From Octopus sinensis (Eukaryota): a DNA stretch of 64,000 nt. This document shows, piece after piece, positions 1-13,243 of this stretch. The position numbers and the translations under genes were made by a program. The stretch's first letter is position 1, and each line of letters opens with the position of its first letter. Location: the NCBI RefSeq assembly GCF_006345805.1, contig NW_021835977.1:5437-69436 (forward strand), in the 5' to 3' direction. The notes beneath the pieces were generated by a model. That model was not told the origin of the DNA, ran no database searches, and saw nothing but the letters and a program-made list of their open reading frames with translations.

Positions 1-240
1 GTCCTGACTTGGTTCGTAAGGACCTATATATGCACTGAAAAGTAAGTGGGATATTTGTTAAGGAATTAAGTTTTACGTGCTTCTTCAATGTGGTGCAGAC
101 TTATAATCATGAATATTGCAAATTTCTGCCTGTAGAAATTCAGGAAAAAGGATATATGTTGCATTACCCTAACTGTTCGACCACGCATCTTTATAAACGT
201 CCAATAAGACTAATCTGAGGGAGATATTTTCCCCGCAATC

Positions 241-597
241 CTAACGTGCCTAATCAGTGGTTAAACAAAGGCTAACTTCTGGGCCTGCCACCAAGCAAGG
301 TTCTGCTCTGCATCTGATGGAATTGCGAGGAAATAATTCAGTGCGAATTCGTACCAGATGGTAAAACCATCGATGCCAATCTGTGCTCCAAACAGCTGGA
401 GCAGATATATGCCGTTGGGCGGCAAGACAGCCGACATTGGTTAACTGAAAGAGAGATCTTCTACAGCAAGAAAACGCAAGATCTCATACCACTCGAACGA
501 ATTGGAATAAACTCCAGAAACTTGAAATCGAATGATGCTACTGTCAGCTCTCTCTGATTATTACTCGTTCCGATCCATGACTCACCTCCTCGCAAAT
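241..597 (+). mobile_element. Degenerate mariner (Tc1/mariner) transposase remnant
   Basis: Manual translation across stops and frameshifts gives KVLLCI*WNCEEIIQCEFVPDGKTIDANLCSKQLEQI (from 297), LLQQENARSHTTRTNWNKLQKLE and SDYYSFRSMTHLL. These match the mariner blocks KVMLCVWWD..., LLHDNARPH and SDYHLFRSL. Confidence 0.8.
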
Positions 598-608
598 TTT
601 TTTTCCGA

Positions 609-682
609 TGGCCGGATAACTGTAGAGATGGCGGCGTGGATTTCCACCCCGGCATCCGAAACACGGAGTTTTATCATGGCTA
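609..682 (+). ncRNA. Degenerate type-I hammerhead-ribozyme-like motif (relative of 14250-14323)
   Basis: Parts: gataa, core CTGTAGA (degenerate), gatggcgg..ccggcatcc (stem II), GAAAC-acgga-GTT, ttatc. The flanks gataa/ttatc pair as stem I. Confidence 0.4.
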
Positions 683-794
683 CCGAATAATTGCCACATA
701 TTACTTATATATATATATATATATGTATATGTGCTATTAAGTTAAACATGGCCTGGGCCAATACTGGCCAAAACCTTTCTAAGTTAATCTAAGT

Positions 795-963
795 TATATA
801 CGACGGGCTTCTTTTAGAATCTGTCTACCAAATCCACTCACAAGGTTTGGTCGACCCTAGGCTATAGTAGAAGACCCTTGCCCAAGGTGTCATACAGTGG
901 AACTGAACCCGGAACCATTTGATCGGGAATTGAGCTTCTTACCATTATGCCACGCCTGTGCCT
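795..963 (-). mobile_element. tRNA-derived SINE, group B, 5' half
   Basis: Reverse complement matches the group B copy at 40608-41013 (ggcacagg..tggtaagaagct..ggttccgggttcagt..ctactatagcc..aaccttgtgagtggatttggtagac). Confidence 0.8.
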
Positions 964-1010
964 ATATGATATGCATATACATACATGGCAGTAGAGTATG
1001 TTTGTACGTT

Positions 1011-1042
<32 letters not shown>

Positions 1043-1440
1043 ATATATATATTATATATATATATATACATATATATACATATATACAGTCATATATACA
1101 TACATACACACACACACGCACACTCGCTAACAAGTGTTAAAGTAACCATATAATTAAGAATGTATATTCATACAAAAATATTCAGAATATTACATATATA
1201 AATATAAATCTATGCTTCTTTATACTATGTAATTAAATATCTATGCATAAATCTATACATTTATACATACACATGATTAAGTACATAATACGTATACACA
1301 TACATAATATATATTTATGAAATTTCTTTTAGGATCTTGTGCATGTATATATATATATATATATATACTCACGCCCACACATGTTTACGTATGTATATTA
1401 TTTAGTATTGTCTTTCTATACATACGTACACACACATACA

Positions 1441-1501
<61 letters not shown>

Positions 1502-1621
1502 GCAACCATACGAATATATATATACATACATGTAATATCTGAATGACGGAATATGCCTGCATGTTTTGTGTGTGCATGTAAGTGTATGCGTATGTGTATA
1601 CATATATACATACATACATAT

Positions 1622-1698
<77 letters not shown>

Positions 1699-1719
1699 AG
1701 CATATATATATATGTATAT

Positions 1720-1773
<54 letters not shown>

Positions 1774-2164
1774 TATATGTGAGATGTTTGTGTGTATGGA
1801 TGTGTGTATGGATGTATGAATATATGTGTGTGTTATTGTGTGTGTGTGCGGTGTTTGAGTACATACGTGAGCGTTCATATATATTTATGAGTTTGCGTAC
1901 ATATGTGAATATATGTATAGATTATATGTAAGAACACATATAAATACGTATGTAAGAACTAATTATTCCGATAAGCCATAATATGTTGATGGTCTTAGAC
2001 GAATGAATGATTAAATATGCAGTGCTCTCGCCCCTTCTTTTTTCTCGTAATTTAATAGTTTCAGTATTTTCCATATCGGGAATGACTTCCAGATTTCATA
2101 TCTAGCATTTACTGGCGCAGCTTCCTAAACCATCCATGAAAACGGCACTTTAATGGAAACGTAC

Positions 2165-2216
2165 CTCCAATAGCCGACCAACAAAAGCAGACGAAGAAAA
2201 CGAAAATGACACCCAT
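2165..2216 (-). CDS. Candidate first coding exon encoding a signal-peptide-like segment MGVIFVFFVCFCWSAIG, phase-1 donor
   Basis: ATG at 2216, 17 mostly hydrophobic codons plus 1 nt, then GAG|GTACGT. No homology recognised. Confidence 0.25.
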
Positions 2217-2509
2217 CAAAACGGATTGAAGAATATTAATTTCAAACTAGAATCAGAAGCAAAAACAAGAAAATTCAGCAGAAATATTATCAATCTCTTT
2301 CTTTGATTTTAAACAATTTTTACCAAATGTCAACATTAGTAGGAATAAAAACAACCTCAAAATAAATAAATAAAAAATTAAAAGGAATAATTAAATTTAA
2401 AAAAAAAAATTAAAAATCATTGTACCCTAGCACGGCCAAAGTTCAATCGACTGAGAGTAGCGAAACAAAAATGAAAGAAATGAAGCCATGCAGAGATTTT
2501 ACTCCTTAA

Positions 2510-2600
2510 AAATATGACGTCATTATATGGCGGGTTATACGACGGCGCTTCTAGTTTTTCCCTCCTTAGCTTGATTCGTGCGTATTTCCTTCACGTCACA
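2510..2600. promoter_or_regulatory. CRE-containing motif cluster, possible promoter of a minus-strand gene
   Basis: Perfect palindrome ATGACGTCAT at 2514-2523 and a TCACGTCA variant near 2590. Minus-strand TATAAT adjacent and locally raised CpG. Confidence 0.25.
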
Positions 2601-3316
2601 CTTTTCATGTATCAGTTGTCAGATCACCAATGTACGACGAAAGTCTTTGGTGCTTAGATCCTTAATCGTACGTGCATGTGTTTGTGTATGTGTGAGTGTA
2701 TATAAATACATATATATATATATATTATATAATATATATATATATATATACGCACAGGCACAAGCACACGAACACAGACTCACACACACACACCATTAAG
2801 ACTAAATTATTAATAGTAATGTGTTTCACCTTAAATTTGATATCATTTTACGAAAGAGAAGTGTTAAGGCACTAAAAACAGCTAACAATAAAGAGAAATA
2901 AATTGAAATTCTTTGCTTAATGGCAAATAAAAATTTACAAAAATTGCTTTTGGGATTATTTTTGAAAATCGGACTTTACAAATTCAATCATAATATCGCC
3001 TCTGTTACTTGGTACATGAATTTGCAGGAAGGATCCATATATTAATGTACAGGGAAAACAAAAAGCATAAGTTACTATTCTGCAATATCTTCTCTTGGTT
3101 GCAGGGCTAGAATATAATGCTAATTAAGTCTTGTTATGTGGGCTATCATTTGAGTTAAATTGAAGGTACAATACATTAATGGCGGTAGATGGGACGCTTG
3201 GTATTTCATATATTTTACTGTAGAGGTCCTTAGTTTCACTGCGAGTGTATAATCTTAGCTATGCCCTAATCTTGATGTCGAAAATATGGAACATATTCAA
3301 ATCCTCCACTTTACTG

Positions 3317-3672
3317 CAGGCGGGCTGTGTGGAAAGGTGGTTGCTTCCCATAAACATGGTTCTGGGTTTAGTCTATTGCGTGGCACCTTGCACAAGTGAC
3401 GTCTACAACAAAGCCTTGTGAGTGAATTTGGTAGACGAAAACTTAATGAAATCCGGCGTGTATACACGTATCGAGGGATGTGTTTCTGTATCTGTGTTTG
3501 TCCTCTCACCACAACTTGACCAGTGTTGGTGTATTTATTTCCCTGTAAATGACCGATAGAATAGTACCACCCTTAGAAGTGTCCAGGGGGGCCAATATTT
3601 GCACTATATCCCTTCAAGGTGGTGATCCAACATTGCCACAATCAAATGACGGAAACAAGTAAAAGATAAAAG
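3317..3672 (+). mobile_element. SINE group B, diverged full-length copy
   Basis: Colinear with 40608-41013: ctgtgtgg..catggttctggg..aaagccttgtgagtg..gaccgatagaat..caaatgacggaaacaagtaaaaga. Confidence 0.75.
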
Positions 3673-4106
3673 ATATATACAAACATGTACAACACACGCA
3701 CGCGCGCGCATACACACATACACGGGGACACATCTTTATAAAGTAAAATAGAATTGAGCAGGGAGCACAAGGGTTCCGAAGATTTGCTTTGGAAGGAGGA
3801 ATTAAGAATTCACCTTTTATGTATTGGTTTTCCTATTAATTGGTAAGTCGATACTAAAGGCTCATTGCTTGAAAAGTAGGGCAAAGAAATGGTCTAAAGA
3901 AGCGAAAGAGACGTAGTCTAGTTTGTAAAGCAAAATTTAAAGTGACATATGGATTTATTCTTTGTTCAAATATTAGTTTTACAAGAAAATTTAATTAAAT
4001 ATAGAATATATGAAGCCAAAACTCTTTTTGTAGTTGAAAGTAATCCGTTTCAGATATAAGGCTAGCCTTTATGTGTGTGTATTTGTGTATAAGTATATAC
4101 TTACGT

Positions 4107-4413
4107 GTGGAGGCGCAATGGCCTTGTGGTTAGGGCAGCGGACTCGCGGTCGTAGGATCGCGGTTTCGATTCCCATACCGGGCGTTGTGAGTGTTTATTG
4201 AGCGAAAACACCCAAGGCTCCACGAGGCTCCGGCAGGGGGTGGTGGTGATCCCTGCTGTACTCTTTCGCCACAACTTTCACTCTTTCTTCTGTTGGCCTG
4301 CCCGCTTAGCCAGCGGGGTGGCGTCATTTGAAGGCTAAAACAATGCGAAGCGCATTGTGACCAGCGATGTGTAACAACATCTGATAGCCTGGTCGGTCGC
4401 TGTGATCGCGGTG
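4107..4413 (+). mobile_element. tRNA(Arg)-like-headed SINE group A (long body H1 + tail T1) with 12-bp TSD
   Basis: A-box tggccttgtggtta, anticodon-like TCG in gactcgcggtc, B-box ggtttcgattccc. Direct repeat atatacttacgt at 4095-4106 and 4414-4425. Confidence 0.9.
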
Positions 4414-5040
4414 ATATACTTACGTATGAATATATACAGATAGATAGAGAGAGAAAGATATGCATTGTCATAGCATTAGTCTTCGAACAATTGCTGATGT
4501 TGTTCGAATCTCTGCATCCATTACATATATACAAAGTTACTTTCACATTCGCTGATATTATTTTGGATCAATGTAGGTTCTGAGCGAGCAGAATCGTTGC
4601 CTCGTCGGACAGAATGGTTTGTACTGTTTGTTCCGGATCCTTACTTTCTGAGTTCAAATGCTTCCGAGGTTGACTTTACCTTTCATTTTTTCAAAATCAA
4701 TAAAATAAGTACCCGCTGAGCACGACTTCTCTCTCGCTTTCAAAATGACTGGCCTTGAACTAAAGTTAGAAAGAATTATTCAGTATTAATGGTTTCTGAT
4801 TTAAGAACAAGACCAGCAATTTTTAGTGGAGGATGTTAATTGACACCATTACCCTCCACCACCCTCCACCATTACATCATCACAGAGTGCTAATTTATTT
4901 TTCTCTATACTGTAAGAATGAAAGGCAAATTCGATTGCGGCTGAGATTGAATTCAGAATGTAAGAATCAGAAAAAAAATACCGTGAGGCACTCTGTACTG
5001 ACATTTCATCAAATTCTAATAATCAATTCTAATAATATGT

Positions 5041-5340
5041 TTGTTCCTTCTCAGCCATGCATGGCTCATAAGGGCCGGTTTCCCGGTTTCTTTGGCGTAT
5101 AGGTTCTCCGCCTCGATGGGACGCCGGTCCGTCGCAGGTGAGTTGCAAGATGCAGGAAGAAAGAGAGAGAGAAAGTTGTGGCGAAAGAGTCAGCAGAAGT
5201 TCGCCAATACTTTCTGCCGGAGCCGCGTGGAGCTTAGGTATTTCACTCATAAACACACACATAGCCCGATCTGAGATTCGAATTCGCGATCCCTCAACCG
5301 CGAGTCCGCTACTCTAACCACTAGGCCATGTGCCTCCACA
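5041..5340 (-). mobile_element. SINE group A (H1 body + tail T2, Meta/V-domain-like)
   Basis: Same head and body as 4107. The tail reads cctgcgacggaccggcgtcccatcgagg..tacgccaaagaaaccgggaaaccggccc and is shared with 62300-62553. Confidence 0.85.
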
Positions 5341-5495
5341 TTGTAATAATAAACATTACTATAAAATTCACATCTCAAATATCTATAGCATGATGTATTT
5401 TTATAGTTCATGCCATTCCTCAAATAAGTATGATCAATGGCATTCTCTGTCTCACAATCCTGCCATTGTTTCTTTCTCTTTTACGTATTTTTTCT

Positions 5496-5731
5496 TTGCA
5501 GCGTGGAAGGTGTTGGTAAGCCATTTAAGAAACACACAAAAGCCGTTCGATTCACTTCAACACTTAAGTTTAATTTGTCAAAATATTTTCGTCGCTATAA
5601 GACCGCGATGTGTTCACTGATGCGGTCTTATAGCGACGAAATATTTTGACAAATTAAACTTAAATGTTGAAGTGAATCAAACGGCTTTTGTGTGTTTCTT
5701 AAATGGCTTACAAACACCTTCCACGCTGCAA
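5496..5731. repeat. Foldback of a repeat family: ~110-bp near-perfect inverted arms, 15-nt loop
   Basis: Arms 5496-5606 and 5622-5731 around the loop gatgtgttcactgat. The right arm and downstream ~65 bp recur at 11030-11165. Confidence 0.9.
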
Positions 5732-7096
5732 TTGTTTTCGTTCCAGCACACGATCTCAGATCAAATCACTTGCTATGCAAGTACATCTCCGTAATATTTT
5801 TTCTTTCAGACAACGTTATTCAATATAGCCTTTACTGTTGTTAGTTCAACACACAGTCTTTTCAGAAACATTTTACTGCTGATTTTTTTTCTATTTTGTA
5901 TAGGCTGTGCGACCGTGTAGACACGTCTTTTCTGACGCAAACGTTTCGATTAAATGTTAGGGAAGATATCTACCCACTTCTTGCTTGTTGTATCAACACC
6001 CACGTTGTGGATGCGCGACGAAAGTCATTTTAATCTTCCAATCTTTTAGCATCAATCAGTATTTGCACTGTAGCCTCTAATGCGAAGGATGACCACTTAT
6101 CATGCTGTAACCGTTGCTTTTTACAATGGAATTGAGATGACATCTCCAAGACACCCAGCTTGGATATCAGAATCCTCTTTTTAGTCTCATAGTGTGGTCA
6201 AAATAAATATATAGAGCTGCTCTATAATTGGTAACAGTTTGAGTGAGGGGTTTATTAAAAGAATGCAGAGACTAATACTAGACACTATTAGAGACTCCAG
6301 TCCGGATTTATAAAAATGTTTACTGATTAGTTGACGAGTGCCGTGAAGGGTTGCGGTATTGGACTCACTACTTCTATTCCTTGGTGCGATTCTCAGCTAC
6401 TGCAGCACATTGAATCCCTTAGCAAGATGGACTAACGTCTCGTTCGGAGCAGAATACTTGTAATTTCAGTCTAAACAAATTGAAAAATCCGAATAAAACC
6501 CAGCCATGTAAGCAATGAGGGCCCCCACCTGAATTTGTCCCACGTAAACCTTTGTCCCTCAAGGCAAAACGGCTATTTATCTCCAGCTGGAAATAAGTAA
6601 CCGTAGACAAGAGCCCATACCAAGTACTGTTACCCGGAGCCAAGTGAACCCTAGATTCGTGTCAGGAAGGATCGTCACGCGATAAGGCTGTGACAGAGGT
6701 CACTACCCACAGACGAAAGATTATGATATCTAATAATATATATTAATATTACAATATATAATATCACCGTAGGAATGACTATAACAGAGAATGTGTGTTT
6801 TTAATTATTTTAGCCCTACCATATGATCTCTGAATTAATCCTTTGCCAAAAATGCTCAACTCAAGTGTATATGTTTAAGTAATGTGATACAGCAACATTT
6901 TTATATTTATAAAGGCAATAATACATTTACATTTTAATTAATATATATTTTGTAAATGATGGGTGTTTGTGTGTGCGTGCGTGTATGTGTGTCTGTAGTA
7001 TATTGTTAAAGTTGAAATAATGTATTCATTTGGTTAAGTTGTGTATGAGCTAGTATGTGGGAGCTAATATGCCACTGCAACGACGAAATATTTACA

Positions 7097-7195
<99 letters not shown>

Positions 7196-7328
7196 TGTGT
7201 GCGTGAGTGCGTACGCACAGACATATGCATACAAAATTGTGTGTTTGTGTATATGTAAGTATGTACACACACATATATATATATGCATTTGTATCTATGT
7301 ACATATACATGTGTATATATATTTATAT

Positions 7329-7632
7329 ATCACGTGATCACGTGACCGACCTGGCCATCAGAGTTTGCTACACACCGCTGGTCATAATGCGCTTCATTGT
7401 TTTAGCCTTCAAATGACGCCACCCCGCTGGCTAAGCGAGCAGGCCAACAGAAGAAAGAGTGAGAGAAAATTGTGGCGAGTACAGCAGGGATCGTCATCAC
7501 CGCCTGCCTGAACCTCGTGGAGCTTTAGGTGTTTTCGCTCAATAAACACGCACAACGCCCGGTCTGGGAATCGAAACCGCGATCCTACGACCGCGAGTCC
7601 GCTGCCCTAACCACTGGGCCATTGCGCCTCCA
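7329..7632 (-). mobile_element. SINE group A (H1 + tail T1), full length
   Basis: Reverse complement aligns end to end with 4107-4413. Confidence 0.9.
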
Positions 7633-8342
7633 TATATATCTGCTTGCTCGTGTGTGTAGTTATATGGGAAGCACTTAGGTGAATGAAAAGCGTGTCGTCA
7701 ATACTTAAATTAGTACTGAATACCGTATTTGGAAAGTTAGAGTAACGCTCTATATATCACTCTGTCTATCTACCTAGTTATCGCTCCCTGTCGTTTGGTT
7801 AGTAACATAGCTTGCTGGTTGCTGTTCGTCCTTCATTTACGAAAAAAGCTAAATGTCAACCTCTTAGTTACGCAGGGAACTTGCTGTTCATGACTCGGGA
7901 TGAATCTAAAGAAGTGGCTGTATTTCATCATATCTGATGCGCTCGATAATCAAAACACCTCAGCGGTGGTTTGATTACGCTCAGCTATCTTGTTGATTAT
8001 GTTCAAATTCCATTGGAGAAACCTTAGATCTATGTAAGAAATTTAGAAATACATCGTACTTATAATAACCACACTGAATTATTTCAAGCGAATACTTCGC
8101 TGAAAAGGTCTAAAATGACCAAGTTATCTGAACAATTGGCTTTAACAATTCTCAACAATTGCTTTCAACAATTGGCTTGAAACATCCGGTCTGATTACAT
8201 CCTTTTCTAAAAGAAAATATAGGTGCAGACGTCAAGAAGTTTCCTTCCCAATCATATGGTCTGGCTTTCAGTTCAACAGCGTATCTTTTAGTATGGCTTC
8301 GGGCCGACCAAAGCCACGTGAGTGGTTCTGACAGACATTGCA

Positions 8343-8490
<148 letters not shown>

Positions 8491-8614
8491 AAAATGCGTG
8501 GCCTAGTGTTTAGGATGTTGGACTCAAAGCACATTGTGACAGTGATATATAGCAATATCCGGTATTCTGGATGATCACGTGGTATATATCAATCTCGCTC
8601 TGTCTCTGTATTTG

Positions 8615-8686
<72 letters not shown>

Positions 8687-8816
8687 TCTGAATGATATGA
8701 TATATATATGTAAAAAAATGTAATACATAAATAAATATCTATAAACACGAACCATCCGATCTTCTGATTACCTCATTTCTTCTAATATATAATACCTGTA
8801 CATCATCTCCAAACCT

Positions 8817-8847
<31 letters not shown>

Positions 8848-9984
8848 CAAATTTCTCTGTGATCCATGCTGTTGTAATCCTACCTTACTGGGTTTTCCAA
8901 TCTACAGTTTTTCATCTTTTCAAATGACTGCAGTAGTTTCAAGATTGCACTCAAAACAACAGATAATAGAAACAGCTATTGCTTTGTTTCAAAATTATGG
9001 GCCAGTAGAATTTGGCAAGATAAGATATTACACATCTCATGTGGACAAATAAATTTTGCTATAAATTATTCCAAATATTAATTAACCTTAGTACTGTTAC
9101 CCGGAGCCAACTGAACCCTAGATTCGTTTGGTATTATTAATTCTCCATTGCACGTCTTTCATTTATTAATAGAAATTATAAAGATTTACTTGTTAGATAG
9201 ACGTGTAAGGAATTTCTTATTTGTAAATCGTCAGGCAGAGAAAACAAAATTATAATAATTAGCCGTTCCCAAATGAAACACGTGTATTGAAAAATAAATA
9301 ATATCAAAATACTTCGATCTGCCTTCGATAACTATGCAAATAGTGTTTGCATAATTCTCAATATATATATATGTATGTATATGTATATATATATATATGT
9401 ACATATCTGCATAAATATATACATACATGCATACACACATACACATATGTATATACATACATATATACGAGGCTTTACCACAGGCTCTTGTCTATGTGTG
9501 TATATGTATGTATGTAAAGGTTTTCCACGGCCTAGTTTTTGACCCCGAATCAGCAGACTTATTCCTTATCCACCTGCAGGGAAATTTGGTAAAACGTATT
9601 TTTAGGAATCAGCTAGAACACAGATTGGGGCAGAAGCCCCCATTGATAGAAATACAAAGTTCCGGTCAATAGGTGTAGATTTTGCATCATTAGTGGCATA
9701 CCAACCGGTGCCAGAATTGAACAGGAGGCTAGTTTATTACGATAACATATATATTTTCCTTCATCTGTCGGGTTGCCAGTTCATGAAGTCAATCAAGGAC
9801 TTTATAAAAATATGTTCCCGAACTCTCGGCTCTCATGTACTTGTTAGTGGGGAGTATACATAAAAAAAAAATTATCTTACGTGATGCCGTTTGTTTGTGA
9901 TTAAAATATGCCCCCAGTTGGACCGTCTGTTTCCGAGGCGGGACATGGAAAGCTGATCGAAATAACAAATCATATAAATGATGG

Positions 9985-9999
9985 CCATTATCATTATTA

Positions 10000-10051
<52 letters not shown>

Positions 10052-10062
10052 CATTATTATTA

Positions 10063-10112
<50 letters not shown>

Positions 10113-10175
10113 TTATTATCATCATCATCATCATCATTATTATTATTATCATTATCATTATTATCATTATTATTA

Positions 10176-10221
<46 letters not shown>

Positions 10222-10301
10222 CATCATCATCATCATCATCATCATTATTATTATCATTATCATTATTATTATTGTTATTATTATTATTACGATTATTATT
10301 A

Positions 10302-10368
<67 letters not shown>

Positions 10369-10529
10369 CATTATTATTATTATCATCATTATTATAATTC
10401 TAAGGACAGTAGTAACAGTAATAGCGATAATTGGTAGTGCTACTAGTGGGAACGTGGTCATGGTTGTAATAGTTGTAAAGGTGATAGTAGTAGTAGTAGT
10501 TGTAGTAGTAGTAATAGTAGTACTAGTAC

Positions 10530-10576
<47 letters not shown>

Positions 10577-10580
10577 ATGG
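9985..10580. repeat. Compound (ATT)n/(ATC)n then (AGT)n triplet microsatellites
   Basis: Direct reading; explains the poly-I/L/Y ORFs. Confidence 0.95.
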
Positions 10581-10872
10581 GGCAGGTAGGGGTAATGAAT
10601 GACACAGATCATTGGGAGATCAGTATTTGTGTATTGTATTTCATTTCTTTTTTATTGTTGTTGTTGTTGTTCCTTAAGTTCTGAACCTGGCATTTGCTGC
10701 TGTGAACCGTGATGAAATTAAATGTGGAACCGATTTACACTCAGTAACAACGCGCGTGCGTTTGTTTATCTGAATGTGTTCCTGTGCATATGTGTGTTCG
10801 TGTGTGTGTGTGTATAAGTATGAATACATACATACATATATACGTACATACATGCATACATACATACATACA

Positions 10873-10955
<83 letters not shown>

Positions 10956-10970
10956 CACACACACACACAC

Positions 10971-11010
<40 letters not shown>

Positions 11011-11029
11011 ATATATAAACGATGAAAAT

Positions 11030-11165
11030 ATTTTGATACAAATGAAAATTAACGGTTTTTGTGTGATCTTCAATGACTTACAAATATCCTCCACGCTGCA
11101 ATTGTTTTTGTTTCAACACCCGATCTCAGATCAAGTCGCTTGCTATGCAAGTACATCACCGTAAT
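11030..11165 (+). repeat. Single-arm diverged copy of the 5496-5795 repeat family
   Basis: aaatattttga..acggtttttgtgtg..ccacgctgcaattg..gatctcagatcaa..cttgctatgcaagtacatc matches ~5635-5795. Confidence 0.8.
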
Positions 11166-11835
11166 ATATTGTGAATTTCCAAGGCTATGTTATCTAGGCG
11201 GATACCACGTTTGCTGGCAATTCGCTCCAGATGTCTGCAAACAGAAGGGTCCGTATTCGATGCTCCTATTTACAATAAGTTGTTGGATATTGGTAAATAT
11301 CCTACTCAGAACTGCAAACGTCCCATAGAGCGTAAAATAACATTAATAATATGGAGAATGGAGATGTGAACATCGATAATTTATTTTACAGTTATTTACA
11401 GCGTATTGCCATGACCTACACGTGTTTCCATTACAGCGACTGCACACTGTTGCAAATGCAACCTTGCAATATTGTCAGTGTAGTTTTACAAGCCTCTGTA
11501 CTTTAGATCCGTTTCAAATTAAACTGGCTGAAGAAAGTGTTTGTTGTTCAGTGGTCAGTAGAAGGTAGGGATGTTGCTGTTTATAGGAACTTGACCTATA
11601 GCTCACTCCAGCCGTAGTTGTAGGTGGAGTATGGACTTAAAATTAGGTCAAGGATGTTTTTTTTTGTTGCAGTGTTCAAAGTATTTCCTAATTGTCCTGT
11701 ATGCTACCTGTTGTAATTAGTACATTGTCTTCGTAGAAGTATTTAGTTAGGTTTGGTTCATCTCTTGGGGATTTTTGGTAGCCCATTTATTAGTATTGTG
11801 TACTGAGTAATATATTCCTTTAAATTGTCCAATAT

Positions 11836-11912
11836 CGCCCGGTCTGAGATTCGAACCTGCGATCCCTCGACCGCGAGTCCACTGCTCTAACCACTAGGCC
11901 ATGTGCTTCCAC
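11836..11912 (-). mobile_element. SINE group A, head only
   Basis: Matches the tRNA-like head of 5265-5340. Confidence 0.8.
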
Positions 11913-12094
11913 ACATACATACATACACACAAAATCTTAGTGCAAGGCTCAGAATACTTTGCAAAGACGTGGAAAGAGGAACGGGCTATATAAGAGGAAA
12001 AGACTACGCATGCGTATGTTTCCCGTAATCTAGATAAAAATAACAAGATTAACACGAAGTGTAGCTTTTCCTTCACTCACGACCGCTCCATCAA

Positions 12095-12560
12095 ATCATG
12101 AGTTGAAGGCTATGTTTTCGGAATCTATGAGCTAGAAAATATCACGTAAAGTAAAGAGACAGCGAAGCCATTAACATTCTAAGATGCAACTGCAAGTTTC
12201 GATAATGCCACACTTCTGTAGATGACATAACATATGCATTCAGCAGCTATCCAAAAATGTCTTCGAGGTACTACCTCCTTCTGTGACATAATGTTCTTGC
12301 TAAAAAGATATACAATGCTATCTTCAGAAAAGACTTCCCGGAGATAAATGTTAACACCTGCTATGGAATACATGCATAACAGCACAAGGAATATTGGTGG
12401 GATATTCCTGTCAAAATATCTATGAGTGCAAATATAACAGACCATAGAACTATAGATAATCGGGACCGAAAAATCTAGTTGTCTCACAGATGCGAACATT
12501 TTCTTTAAAATCTGAGAGAAGGACAATATCTATGGACATATGTCTCGAAATCTATAATCT
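12095..12560 (+). mobile_element. Degenerate RLE-type non-LTR retrotransposon (R4/NeSL-like) C-terminus
   Basis: Pieces translate as VEGYVFGIYELE, FR*CHTSVDDITYAFSSYPKMSSRYYLLL*HNVLAKKIYNAI (CCHC-knuckle region), YWWDIPVK, CKYNRP and DANIFFKI*EKDNIYGHM. Confidence 0.7.
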
Positions 12561-13243
12561 CTCCCCTATACCTACTAATTAACATTAGTACCATTAATTA
12601 TTAGTACACTTGATTATGTCAAATAAAGCCCAAGTCACAATCTGGAGAAACTAGGATTTTCAAGCAAAGAAAGAGACCGCTAACACAAACTTTACAGATA
12701 TAATCTCTAAGCGGTACAGTAAAAATGTGCAACACATTGGTAAATTCGATATGTATTCATTATTATCATGAAAACTCCAGTGAGTCAGCTCTCCTACGTA
12801 ATGCGTTTCTACCTTTTCGAATACTAAACTATTTAAACTTTTCTCTTTCTTTATATACAGTAGTTCGTGTATAAGTTACATTTTGCGCCTTTTTCTCAAA
12901 ATATATGTGCTGGAGAATAATATTATGTATACAGTTTAACGGTTATTCTTTTTATAGTCATTGAAATCAAGGAAAACTCAAGAAAATTATCATTTACGTA
13001 CACAAACAGTACTGCAGAAATCAGTATGTTAATACCCAGCTTTACGAGTCTCTGAGTAGTAACAAAATAATCACAGTAATGCATTAAATAATTTGCCTCC
13101 AAGTCTTATACTGAGTTCTTTACTTCCTCTTCGTAGACTCAAATGCGTGTATACACACACGCAAACACAAACTCGTGTGTGTGTATATGCGATAATGAGA
13201 TGCGTACGTTTAGCTTTTGATAGCGACGTATTTTTATGAGAGA

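Noticed and set aside
4107-4180. tRNA-Arg gene
   Set aside because: It is the head of a multi-copy SINE with a TSD and lacks a proper acceptor stem; the same holds for the other SINE heads.
9908-10684. 258-aa ORF with poly-Y/I/V
   Set aside because: Triplet microsatellite read-through.
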